Positions 20,590 to 32,000 of a DNA stretch of 32,000 nt are shown here, piece after piece. The notes under the pieces were generated by a model. It saw only the letters and a list, made by a program, of their open reading frames with translations. It was not told the origin of the DNA and did no database searches. The number at the start of each line of letters is the position of its first letter. Positions within the stretch are counted from its first letter, which is position 1. The stretch lies in the NCBI RefSeq assembly GCF_000400465.1, contig NW_008806299.1, forward strand, positions 56,646-88,645, given 5' to 3'. The position numbers were made by a program, and so were the translations under genes. The stretch comes from Wallemia ichthyophaga EXF-994. Lineage: Eukaryota > Fungi > Basidiomycota.

Positions 20590-21554
20590 AGTTGAAAGCG
20601 TACTTCATTAACATAAATATAAATTTAAGTGTTAAAACTATAACATGTAATTGAATCAGGCGTGAACATTCTCAGCCAGCTTTCAAAATCATTAGGGGGC
20701 TTTTTGCGGCTGTTTAGAGCAAATATTATGAAAAAGGCTAGAACAGCACAAATTCGATACCTTAACAACATGTCTGAGTTTGTTTCACGTACAAGGCTCT
20801 GAGAATGTGTGTGAAAAATCTTCGCTTTCGCAAGATCCAAATCGAGGCTTCTAGCCTCTTGTTTTTTATAAAAAAGGAAGTGTTGAATAGTCGATGTTGT
20901 CAATATAACTACTATAAAAAATCACTGAATGAAGCTCAGGGTTCTAGAAACTACCGTAAAGGCGATGTGCAAGGAACGTTAAGTATGAAGGGTATATCCG
21001 AAATCAGGGGATGGGATTGAGGCTGGACTCCAACGCTGATGAGCCAAGAAACAAAAACCATTGCATAATTATCCTGGTATATTCTTAAAGCCTTTATTTG
21101 AACGTCCAATGACCGGTCCGTGCCCGCGGTTCCCAGTGTGCAATTGCTGTAGTTTGGCAAAGGTAGTAGAGGTGCTGGATTTAGCATTGCTGGATTTCGC
21201 TTATTTGTAGCCGGATTCAGCTGTATTGGAATTTCATTGGCTGCATAGCGGGCTGCATTGATTGTCCGAATAAATGCGTCAGTCGATAAAGCGATAGCAA
21301 TAGAGCAATGGTAATAGGGCTTTACCAGTTACTGAAAATTTAATGCTGTTGCATCCATTCAAGGTCCTTTACCCCTCATCGGATCTCCTTATCGTTATCT
21401 TCCACTATCACCATCACCTAGCACAATTGTAAATCCAATTCCGTTCAAGACACAGCTTCAATTCGATTTTGTTCATAATTGATACTTCTCAGACTCCCTT
21501 TACCGAAAAAAAGATATTCACAGAAGGAAAGAGATTAAAACCGCAAGTGAAATA

Positions 21555-23687
21555 ATGAATACAAACGTCAGCGCTTCCAAGAAGCCTAAGATTAATCGAG
21601 CTTGTGACTCGTGCAGAAAGAAGAAAGCGCGCTGCGATGCACCCCAAACCTTCCCAAACCAGTGCAGCAACTGCAAAGAAGGAGAATGCACTTTCAATAA
21701 TCCAGCACCTAAGAAAGGCGTACCGCAGCGCTACGTTAACGATTTAGAAGCAAAGGTGAGCCACGAAACATCATATTGACCCCTCTCACACCCACAGCTC
21801 GAGCGGTACGAGGCGACATTCGGCCCATTACCACCAAGCGCAATGAGTGATGGAAGTCCATCCAGCGAAGGTTCCCACAAACGTAAATTCGAGCGCAGTA
21901 ACCGCGACAATCGCGACACTGAATCACTGACGGAGAAAATGAGCGCTCTCTTCTTCAAACCTGACGATGAACCAGTAAAAGACAATGAAAAGGAACGGAC
22001 GAGATGTTTTGGAAAATCGTCGATGAAAGGTATCGTCAAGCGCATCACCCTCCATGCCGATTTCACAGCTTTAGATCTGAACACTGAGATGAGATCTAGA
22101 TTCTGGAATGAAGAATTCATCACGCAGACTATGCGGCACTCTCAAGCGCCCTACACGCATGATGATTTTGGTGACCAAAATCTCATGTATGAACTAATAA
22201 ACGCGTATTTCGATAAGGTGAACGTTACACTACCTCTTCTTAACCGTGAGCGATTTGTTCTCGACATACCAAAACACAAACTGGAGCGTAGTTTTGGTAG
22301 CTTATTGATTATGGTCTGCGCACTCGGTTCACAGCACATGTTGATGGGCGATAAGAGGGTTTTAATACCAGGTAGAGAAGATACTCAATTCCTGGCTGGA
22401 CATCAATTCTATTTGATAGCACGGGAAAAATTCATTGATCAAATAAGCACTGTAGCCTCGCTACAAGACGTCCAAGCAATGATTCTGATGCAGCTGTATG
22501 TGCAGAATGGGTTGTATCCCAAAAGTAGCTGGTTAATTTCAGGAAATGCCATGCTTTTGGCTCAAGATATTGGTCTCAATATCAAATGGAACGACTCAAA
22601 GGAAGACAGTTACCAACAGGAATCTCGAAACAGGGCGATGTGGGCGTTGTTTATCCTTGATACATCTAATTCAGCTGCACTCGGCCGCTTTCAGCTGATC
22701 AGCTACGACGACATCAATTTGGATTTACCCTCTGAAATCGAGACAGATTCTAAAAGTCGACTTAGTGTGCGCTACATGAACCAATCCATCAAACTCTACA
22801 AAATCGTCCAAGACATTTTGAAATCTATCTATTGGTTGAAAAGCAATGAGAAAGAAGGCTATAAAGTGTCTTACAATGATATTGCATCATTAAACTCCAG
22901 ATTGAACGGGTGGTACAATAAACTTCCATCGGAGCTGCGCGATGCGAAAAAATCTGATGACGAAGAGGTTTTCCAAATGAAGTGTTATTTGAAGATCGCG
23001 TATCACACATCACAGAGCTACATCTACAAATCCTTCCTTCCCGATCCCTCATCTGCGGAATTTAGCACTTTCCGCCTTACCAGTCTTTTTATTTGCTTGA
23101 ATGACTCTCGCACTATAATTTCAATTTTCGACGATATTCAGCGGGCAGGCACAAACTCTCGTGGATTGTGTCACAGTAATTGTTTTTTAGGCTGGTCGAC
23201 TTTCTCCGCCTGCTTGATTTTGGTATTATGCTTTTGCGAAAGCCGTAAAAATGGTGACCTCAATAAGAATGATTTGGAGTACATTCAGAAAGGCATTCAA
23301 GTGTTGAGGAAAATGGAGGCGCGTGATTTAATTATGGGAAGAGCGGTGGATATGATTCTACAGCTTGTGATTAAAGCGGAGGTTCCACTCGATCATCTAT
23401 TCCTGAAAAATCAATGGAACTTGTCAAACAATATCAACCCTGATCAGGCTCACGAATATCTATTTAAATCGCAACTCACCTTTCCTTACGTGGACAATCA
23501 TGTTCAAGAAAACCACGTTTCTGACGTCATGGACTTCAACTTCGATCAATTTGATGCAGGGCTGGGAGGCACTGAAGCCTTGAATGCGTTAATGCCATCT
23601 CTTGATTCGCGTGAGGACGACTGGAGCGCTTTGCTAAGTACTGTCTTTGACGGTAGCAGCTTTAACACTGTCAACAATGTCGCATAG
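21555..23687 (+). CDS. Zn(II)2Cys6 transcription factor with Fungal_trans middle homology region; join(21555..21755,21798..23687)
   Basis: RACDSCRKKKARC..CSNCKEGEC followed by a coiled coil (YVNDLEAKLERYE) across a 42-nt GTGAGC..CAG intron. MHR motifs: YFDKVN..LPLL, DIGL, ESRNRAMWALFILD..ALGR. Confidence 0.92.
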
Positions 23688-25230
23688 ATTCCAATTCAGC
23701 GCTGCTACTTCTGCTCAATTTAAAACTTTTCTGTTATTGCTTACGTTTTATTGTACAACAATGTATCATGAATCACCGCTTTGTTCAAATAAATTGAGTG
23801 TCGTATGCTTCATTTATGCTCGTGACGTTTTGACGTTCTGGCACCTCAGCTTCTTCGTTTCCAGTTTGACTGCACCGATGACTTGAACAGCTTACTGTTC
23901 TGAATGGAGAGCGATCTGGGGTTGGAGATCGGATCTGTCCACCCGTCCTCGGGGCCAGGTGCTTCGATAGTGCGATCACAGCGCACGATCGACTATATTT
24001 CTATAGCTTCATATATTCTAATCAGCTCGCGACCCCAGGCTTCACTTGCCATCTAGCCTATACGTGTGAGTTTTCCTCAACTTGGATTGTAACACACCCA
24101 CGATCAAGAAGCTGGCTACGAAAAACTCCGATGAGATACTCTTAGATAATTAGTTTGGAAAATGTTTGCGCGTGATTATGGGCGACTTAGCCCCGAACCT
24201 TATTTGGGTATACAAAGGTATGGGCTGATGGGCTGATTCAGCAAAAAAAAAAAAAAAGTATTAGATATACAGAATTGATTTTGGGTCTCATGTATAGCAG
24301 CACTCCTCCCTAGCGTCTCACTGGCATAGCCTTGAAGATATTGCGAATAAAAGGGTCGTTCTTGGTGCTGGTCCAAAAGAGCGTTGAATCGTCAATTTCA
24401 AATTCCAGCCAGAGATTCTGACTATGTCTGATATTGCCGCCTGAATCATTAGTGGAACTACAGAGCGAGATGTTCGCTCACCGTACAACACAATGAGCTC
24501 CTTAATCCTGTTCACGTGTTCTTCATGAACCTGAGGTATGAAAGTTGCGACAAATGAGGATTGCATGATTTACACAAAAAAGGAGAAATATAGTAACGGA
24601 AGGGCCATGCCGAAATTAATTGAGGTACCGGTCTATAACACGGCAAAAACTTGAATATTCTGGAGGGATTGTAATATTGACGACAACCATTTATTTCTAT
24701 TTGCTCAATCTTCATTGAGTCGACTACAGTTTGATATGCTTTCACCATTGAATATCTCTCTGGTCCTCTGTCCTCAAAGTCGATAACACAGCCTGAGATG
24801 GTTTTCAGCTACCTCGGGCACTATTATTGTGTCTTACAAAATCTGCGCTGCCGCAAATGCTCGCATAGATAAATTTATTCATGGCGGGTAGTCTTAGGCG
24901 TTATATCAATGTGGAGGCGCTCTTACTCTTGAATGCAATCATCTTTGGAGAACACCAGAGTTTCGATAAAGGATTAGTGTGCCAAAGCACTTCGCATGTG
25001 ATCACGGCGATGCAGGAACGCAAGACATGAAACACCGCCTCAAACCTTATTAACGACCTTTATCGCCGACCACGTCCAAGCAATTTACTGTGCGCGTTAA
25101 GTTGGGCTGATGATTGGTATATTGATATCGTTTTATCGCTTCTCGACGCGTAATTGTGCATATGCATGCATAGGGTGACTGTGACTGTGACGTAAGACTT
25201 TTATTGGGAACATTAGAGGGTATTTATATT

Positions 25231-25983
25231 TTAAGTGCGATTAGACGGGTTGCGATTGTCGACAAGCTTGATGGATATGGACACCTTGTGGTCAGCCAGA
25301 CTCTTTGCGAGATCAGACGAGGCTGTGGCGCGTAAGAGACGTCACAGAATGCTGAGATTCGCCCACCTGCAGTTCCAGGAAATTCCCTTTGCGGATATGC
25401 GCGTATCGCTTTGGCGTGAGCCTCACCAAGGACCGGAAGCTCATCCGGCCTGGCGGGTAAAGGGCGGACAGTAGTGAGGACGAATTTTAAATGGTACAGG
25501 CCTGGTTTCGTGATTGTAAGGTCACTGTGCGTTGTCAGAAAAGAAAAACAAAACTCCACGGTAGTCTGCACCTAAAAACAAAGTAACAGCCAGCGTCGTG
25601 AGCCCAACCAGCAGCAACGTACGACGCAGAAGACGCTAATTGGCCTTGAAGCAATTGAAATGGCATTTGATGCGGACCCTCTAGCATCGCCTGCACGACC
25701 CAGAAGGGTGACCTCATTGCACTGCTCCTGGCGTCAATATGCAAATGATTATGCTGGTAAATCTCCGATAAACTCACTTATCATCGAGATTGCCTCTGCT
25801 GTCATATATCTTGAGCTGCAGGATGCACGGCGGATCCACGACACGACGATCTTTCTCCGAAGGGGACGTTGCTCGAGCGATTTCAGGATGCTGAAGAATG
25901 ATGAACTCGTATCTGCGCGGCTCTTTACTGACTGTTAGCAACTCATCTAAATCCAGTTGTTCACTTGATCTTGATTGCTGCAT
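25231..25983 (-). CDS. Velvet-domain-only protein, copy A, 203 aa; exons 25983..25778, 25727..25572, 25524..25367, 25322..25231
   Basis: YEFIILQHPEIAR...KDRRVVDPPCILQL, LLQGQLASS, GCYFVFSDL...GLYHLKF and EFPG..ASSDL.KSLA motifs. Three introns at positions identical to copy B. Confidence 0.85.
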
Positions 25984-27530
25984 TCGAAGAATCTGATTGG
26001 AGTTGCTGACGAGCTAAGCGAGCCGGATGAACCAGAGAAGACAGATGAGCTAGATAACCAAGGATTGATATTGCGTTGTGAATTAATTCATGTTATTTTC
26101 GCTATTTACAAATTCATTCCAGCATCTTCTATTGCGCCACCGGATCTTCGCTGGCATAGACCGAGCATCTTCATCAGCTGTGAGGTGGCCCGAGGAGAGC
26201 GAAGAGACTACGTGAAATACTTACATCGAATCATTGACACATCGTCCTTTTATTTCTTTTAAACGAATGCAGCTTCTGATTTTACTTCCGATTTGCTGCA
26301 GCTCATAGTCATCTTTGCAATAATCTCTTAGGCTCCTACTAAAAGACAGTATCGATTACGGGGTTGTTTTCTTATAGAATCTCTTTTATCATTATTTTGA
26401 GCTCCATTTCACCCTTCAAATGACAATAATCAGATGTTGCAGGTAATTTGGTGGAGATTTGAAGATGGCGCTGAGAGCTCCAGATATCAACAGCCCTGCT
26501 AATTGACAGTTATTTTACTGTCAATTAATAAAGGCATCTTCAAATGTCAGATTCGTCCATCGCAGACTCCCCAATTCAGTCAACACTGCTACTTCCGAGC
26601 GGAAATTTGGGCAAAAGGCTGTTGAAATTGAGTCTGGATATCAAGTAAGCTGACAGCAACATAACAAAGCCGATAGTCGTATCCAGAATTGCCGATGACG
26701 TCTGTCCAAAACATATCCCACCCTTTGGGTCTGCTTTGGATTCTATATAGGCTGCAAAGTCACTAACGTAGCCATATGGAATTGCTATGGTTTACCCCGT
26801 ACACATCCGATGAGGTACCATGGGCTTAAGCCAGATTAGCTCAAATCAGTCTCAAATTAGACAGAAATACTAATGTGAGACTATGGCCTCTCAATTCGAC
26901 CAAATTCGCTCCGATCTTTGCATTCGGTACCACTCCAAGTAATTACTTTTAATTTGATGGCTAGAAGGTGATAGATCAAAGCAAATGGCAAAGTTTCTCA
27001 TAGAATGGTGCATGTTGACTTGGCGCTTACTTTCATCGCCACATCCGCACCTCTTTGAACCCCCTGAACCTCCTAGACCTCCTTAGCGGATGCAAAAATC
27101 AAATTATAAGACATTCATTCTGTCTTGCTAGAATGAAATTAGTATGATGAGTTGACGTAAGGTCTTTTTCTCTTTGAAAATCGACGTGAAAGTTCCGCCG
27201 AACTAACTAGATTCGCTTTCAAAACCTGCTCAAAAAGGAATGTATTCAAGATAGACTAGAAGTCCATTGAAATTCTTCTTTTACTACTGTTAACGTGCCT
27301 CGCGGATCTTTTCGCAGTCGTCCACTCATCACACTTTCTAGCGAGCATACGGCGAATCGAGCGATTGTAAGCGAAAGCAAACGAGTACACAAACGGATTG
27401 CAGAATATAAGAAAGACTCAACAAACTTACAAACACACTCGTTGGAATATGACAGGATGAGAAATAGAATGTGAATTAAATTCGAAGGGTACACCAAAAT
27501 AGTTTGAGAATCTGTTGAGAGAGTGCTTTG

Positions 27531-29100
27531 TTATCTAATGCATGACATGGTGACAACGAACAGTGCCACCATCGTGAAGACCGGTTTAGTAATCGAAGTG
27601 TGGCCTCCCGAGCTAGCACCATTGTTCGAGTGCGTGTTTTGTGGATAGTTGTACACAAATGGATTTGATTTTTGACTAGGAATGTTGTCGTCGCTTTTAT
27701 GTTCAGTCTTATCATCCTCAACATCCTCCTCATCATCATTGCCGCTATCATTACTCACACTGCTACTGCCTGCACTGCTTGAACTGCTTGAACTGGCAGT
27801 CGTAGGCTCGGTAGCAGCTTCCACTTCAGCAACCGTAGGGTTAGCAATAGTTGCCAAAGGACCCTGCCATCCCGTCAGAGTCGGGTTTGGATGTATGTTG
27901 GTGTTGATGCTTGTCGCTTGATTTACCGTCGAACCGTAATGATCGTTAACATAGTCAGCAAACACTTCACCTCTCTCCGTTTCTTCCTCCACGTAAAGGT
28001 TAGTTCTGTTGGTGGCGACAGATAGTGGAACAACATAGTCAAAGTTGTCTCTGATATTGGGATACATTTCAATGAACATTTCCATAGTCTCAGCAGTGAT
28101 TTCATGCGTCAGCACAATAGTACCATGGTCTTCAAAGATGCCCCTCTCGGCCGCATCAAAAACATCTTGATAATTTTTTCTGACATCATCCTTAGTCTTA
28201 CCATTGATCATTTTCCAGTCATTGGTGTCTAATTCCCATAGAACGGTTCTGAGACCAAGACCCTCAGCGATGATGCGGATGCGGTCGTCGATGTCGCCGA
28301 ATGGCGGTCTCCAGCAGGTTGGTGTGACGCCAGTGACTAGTTTGATGGCCTGGGGAAGTATCAGAGTGACATTACTTTTGAGCAAGGCGATCCTACCTGA
28401 ATTGAGTAGTAGAGTTCAGCAAATGCACCCTCGTCATCGAACGAAGTCATGTAGTGATGCGACCACGTATGAACACACAACTCGTGTCCGTCTTCTCTGC
28501 CCCGTTGCGCTTCATGTGGCCAGTTCATCACGTTTGAGCCTATGTAGAACATTGTCGCAGTGAGGTCGTTGTCGCTGAGGAAATTGTAGAATTCATTGTG
28601 GCTGCAGTTAGGACCGTCATCAAAGCCTAAACCCCATGTATTAGGCTATTGTTGTTGTGTGAGTTGTTGTTTCAGGAAAATTTTTAGGAAACAGAATCCA
28701 CGCTCACCTCTGGTAGGGTAGCCAAATCGTCTGAAAGACCATCAACCTTTGGATGTGTACATTTTGAGCTCGTGAACCAGCAGTCGGGATCGGATGCATC
28801 GTAGGATACGTCAGAGATATTGCCGTCGTGCGTGCCCTTTGGTTTGATGCTCGACGGAATGACTTGCTTGATCTCGTCATACTTATTCTGAGCCGTGGTG
28901 TCGCCCTGAACAATTTTAGCTGTTTCCCATAATGGTGGAAATTGCCCGAGGTTATCTTGGACTATAGGTGCCGAATATGGTGTGCACTGCTCTGCGTTTT
29001 CACCAGACTGGTCAGGCTCTACAGCGTTGGTTGCTTGTGGCGTTTCTTGGGCAGATATCCATGATACAATGCTCAGCAGGGCAATAAAATTGATTCGCAT
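27531..29100 (-). CDS. CDA: Chitin deacetylase (CE4), secreted and probably GPI-anchored, 486 aa; exons 29100..28708, 28645..28397, 28349..27531
   Basis: Signal peptide, DPDCW...C, GFDDGP, HTWSHHYMT, WRPPFGDID, DTNDW and LTHE motifs, a Ser/Asp-rich stalk and a hydrophobic C-terminus. Introns of 62 and 47 nt. Confidence 0.93.
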
Positions 29101-29418
29101 TTAATGGTGTCGACAGGAAAAGCTTACACTCATGTTCATCAAACAATATACTTACATGCGGCGTGACTGTGAAACACACTTTATCAACCTAATAAGACCA
29201 CTTTAGGAAGGTGAATCATCTTTGACGTAAATCACTTCCAAATTGGCAAGCTGTACTTTGATCGCTTAATAGTCGTTGTATTACATGTTACCGGACATTC
29301 AATTAGAATATGTATATTACATGTCTATCGTAATGAAAAAGGAGGGTCTATAATGCGTGCAACGAGATCTAGACGACACCAGCAAGCCGAATTGTAAATT
29401 AATACTACCAAGATATGC

Positions 29419-30179
29419 CTAGTAGTTTTGCGAACGGTAAAATCTATTTCTGTGGTCACTATGCCGGACCGAGAGTCCCAAAGTTTGCTCAGCCAGACTC
29501 TTCACCAAGTCCGTTGAAGCTGCACTACGTTAAAATATACCACATCATTTCGAGATGACGCTCACCTGACATTCCTGGAAACTCTCTTTGCGGATATGCG
29601 CGTATCATATTGGCGTGGGTTTGCGTCAATACCGGAAGCTCATCCGGCCTCGTCGGAAGAGGTCGAACAGTAGTGAGAAGAAACTTCAAATGATACAGGC
29701 CCGGTGTTGTGATTGCAAGGTCACTGTGCGACGTTAGGAATTACACTCGTACGGTGGTATACCTCACCCGAATATGAAATAACAGCCGGCGTCGTGAGCC
29801 CATCCACTTGTGACGTAAGACGCAGAGGAACTAAGTTGACCCTGAAGGAGCTGAGATGGCATTTGATGAGAGCCTTCGAGCATCGTATGAACAACCCAAA
29901 AGGGTGACCTCATTGCACTGCTTCTGGCGTCAACATGCAAATGGTTAGGCTGGCAAATCTCCGACGAGCTCACTTGTCATCCAAATTCCCTTTACTGTCA
30001 TAAATTCTCAGCTGCAAGATACACGGCGGATCTACGACACGACGATCTTTCTCGGAGGGTGATGTAGCTCGAGCGATCTCAGGATGCTGAAGGATAACCA
30101 ACTCGTATCGTCGTGGCTCTTTGCGGACGGTTAAAAGCTCATCTAAATCCAGTTGTCCACTTAATCTTGATTGCTGCAT
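29419..30179 (-). CDS. Velvet-domain-only protein, copy B, 206 aa; exons 30179..29974, 29923..29768, 29723..29566, 29519..29419
   Basis: YELVILQHPEIAR...KDRRVVDPPCILQL, GCYFIFGDL...GLYHLKF and EFPGMSASTDLVKSLAEQ motifs. Three GT-AG introns (50, 44, 46 nt). Confidence 0.88.
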
Positions 30180-30847
30180 TCGAAGAATCCGCAATGCTAG
30201 TACCTGATTGATAAAGGTAGCCGAGGTATAAACTATATTAGGTTGTGTGCAGTGCAGATTCGATCAGGGAATTTCGTCTGTGCGTTAAGCTCCAAGCACT
30301 CGATCACTTGATTACAAAGTTTTCACATTACGTTCTCTTGGAGTGAAACGGGCAGCCGAAATAGTCAAAATCGAAACGCGGAGATTTTTAAAGTTTTTCC
30401 AGAGTATTATGGGTTTGTTTCACATTGTCTTGATTTTAATTGTGGTGTGACTCACTCGAATCCGCTCATGTGCTGACGTGCAAGGGTGTGATGGTGCTGC
30501 GGTCCATTTCGCGAGATAGGAAAACGCTTGATGAATAAACACGAGCTTTATTAGCTGAAAGTATCTCATTTTTACGATTTTCCTTTTTTAGCTACGGAAC
30601 ATTTCATTTCGCGCTCCTTCAACTATCAGCGTATAGTCACTCTAAGCGACAGCCGAAGAATGCCTGGCAGTAGTATAGCTAAGATTTTGTTGAAAAGCGC
30701 GCAATTTGGATAATGATACTTGTGCAGCTTGTGAGTGCTTGAAAATTCCGCAGCCCAAGGGCTTTGTCGCAGCAATTTTCACATTAAAGCGCATATCTAA
30801 GAGTATTTCGATAAGTCACTAAGAACTGACACATCGATCATTTCGTC

Positions 30848-32000
30848 ATGATCAAGTCTCCCAACACTGACATAGAAATACCAAAAACGAGCATCTTCGA
30901 TTTCACTCTCCCGGAGGAGCAGCTTTTAGGCGACAAAACTGTCTTCGTTGAACCAACTAACGACGTTTCTCTCACGAATTCTCAGCTTCGTAAATCCTCT
31001 TTACAGCTAGCGTATGGCTGAGGAAATACCACAACATTGGAAGACGTGACAGAGTACTTATACTTAGTCGAAACTCACTTGTCTATCCCATTCTCTTCTT
31101 GGGCACCTCTGCAGCAGGGGCATGTGCATCACTTGCAAATCCTGGATAAAACTACTTGGAACTATCCCATCATATCAAAGACAGCAATGTTTCGTTCCTC
31201 TTCGTACATCCAGACAACATCGATCTAACAAACAAGATACTGGTGGAGATGGAATGTTCAGAAAGCAAGATACGTGAGAGGGTAGTATTAACGACCTAGA
31301 AAAGCGTCAGCAACCACGTTTCGTACACCCCATTCTTATGTGATGAGGCTCAGTGCGGTATACCTGAAAAATTCGAAGGAGATTCAGCACACAAAGTTGC
31401 CTTAATGTGTTACAGCAGCGGTACAACTGGTGCAAGCAAAGGTGTAATGACAAATCATCATAACTTCGTAGCCAATTTTTGTCAATTGGACAACATGCAC
31501 AATAACGCATTACAGATAACTGACGTGGTACTATCGGTAATGTCCATGTACCATAACTTAGGAGTTGCAAGCATCCTTTACACTCTTTCTCCATAGAGGG
31601 TGACCCAGGCAATCCTGCCCCGATTTTCCCTTGATGAATTCGCTGCTGCAATCGAAAAGTATCGCGTCACGATGACATGGCTTGTTCCACCAATTTTCAA
31701 TGCAATCCTGAAAACCGAAATTTACAAGAGGTATGATCTTAGCTCACCGAGACAATTGGGTATCGGCGCAACTCCATTGGAAGAAGATCTCGTACACAGC
31801 GTCAGTGAAAAGCTGGGAGGTGTCGTAGCGATCACGAATGGATACGGCAAGTTATGAAGGTGGCTTTCCAGACACTTTATAGCTGACACACCAAAAGGTC
31901 TCACGGAAACGAGCCCTTTGGTATGCAGATTGCCTTTAGAAAATGCAAATTACCTTTAGAGTATACCAAAACCCACCCCTCGTACGTCGGAAGGTTGGTG
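30848..32000 (+). pseudogene. 4-coumarate-CoA-ligase-like / AMP-dependent acyl-CoA synthetase pseudogene (runs off the window)
   Basis: MIKSP..IP...SIFDF start, YSSGTTGASKGV P-loop and GYGLTETSP. Lesions: a 1-nt frameshift near 31017 and in-frame stops at 31147 (TAA where NP.Y is expected), 31297 and 31594. Confidence 0.85.

Noticed and set aside
24243-24257. Poly-A run as a retroelement tail
   Set aside because: No target-site duplication or RT remnant is visible. It reads equally well as a polypyrimidine tract on the minus strand.
23790-25050. Second, decayed chitin deacetylase copy from a velvet+CDA segmental duplication
   Set aside because: No FDDGP, HTWSH or RPPxG remnants were seen downstream of velvet A, and similarity between the velvet copies ends about 10 nt upstream of the ATG.
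25157-25195. GTGACT x3 and GCATATGCATGC palindromic patch
   Set aside because: Short low-complexity repeats expected by chance, with no supporting context.
4809-28913. Numerous 60-120 aa ORFs antisense to or frame-shifted within real genes
   Set aside because: These are shadow ORFs of the coding strand with no independent motifs.
1176-31596. A-to-I RNA editing rescue of premature UAG to UGG, as known in Sordariomycetes
   Set aside because: The same genes have frameshifts and TAA at a conserved Tyr, which editing cannot repair, and the sequence looks basidiomycete.
673-32000. Stop-codon reassignment or readthrough (TAG) explaining the interrupted ORFs
   Set aside because: Intact genes here terminate at TAG (TF1, oxidase, FAD2, TF2, velvet B). 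The broken genes also carry frameshifts and all three stop types.
1-32000. CRISPR arrays, rRNA, transposase/RT/integrase ORFs
   Set aside because: None seen. This is eukaryotic DNA with no regularly spaced repeats and no DDE or YxDD-bearing ORFs.

Overview
AT-rich, intron-containing fungal DNA. The inferred introns are very short (42-62 nt) and the protein families look basidiomycete. This fits a compact genome such as Wallemiomycetes, but that placement is inference. Intact-looking spliced genes: a DUF6593/Tubby-C-like protein, two Zn(II)2Cys6 transcription factors, a laccase-like multicopper oxidase, a Gfo/Idh/MocA oxidoreductase, an orphan 7TM membrane protein, two paralogous small secreted 8-Cys proteins (C-C-CC-C-CC-C, not the hydrophobin pattern), a delta-12 desaturase, an ECM4-type glutathionyl-hydroquinone reductase, an intron-containing tRNA-Gln(UUG), and two paralogous velvet-domain-only genes flanking a GPI-type chitin deacetylase. 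Much of the apparent intergenic DNA is decayed genes: three F-box/LRR-like pseudogenes, a mitochondrial-type acyl carrier protein copy whose phosphopantetheine serine is replaced (LGLNGLD), a 4CL-like acyl-CoA ligase pseudogene, and several unidentified relics. I saw no transposon ORFs, CRISPR arrays or rRNA. All exon structures were assembled by eye from GT/GC-AG sites and reading frame, and no database search was run.
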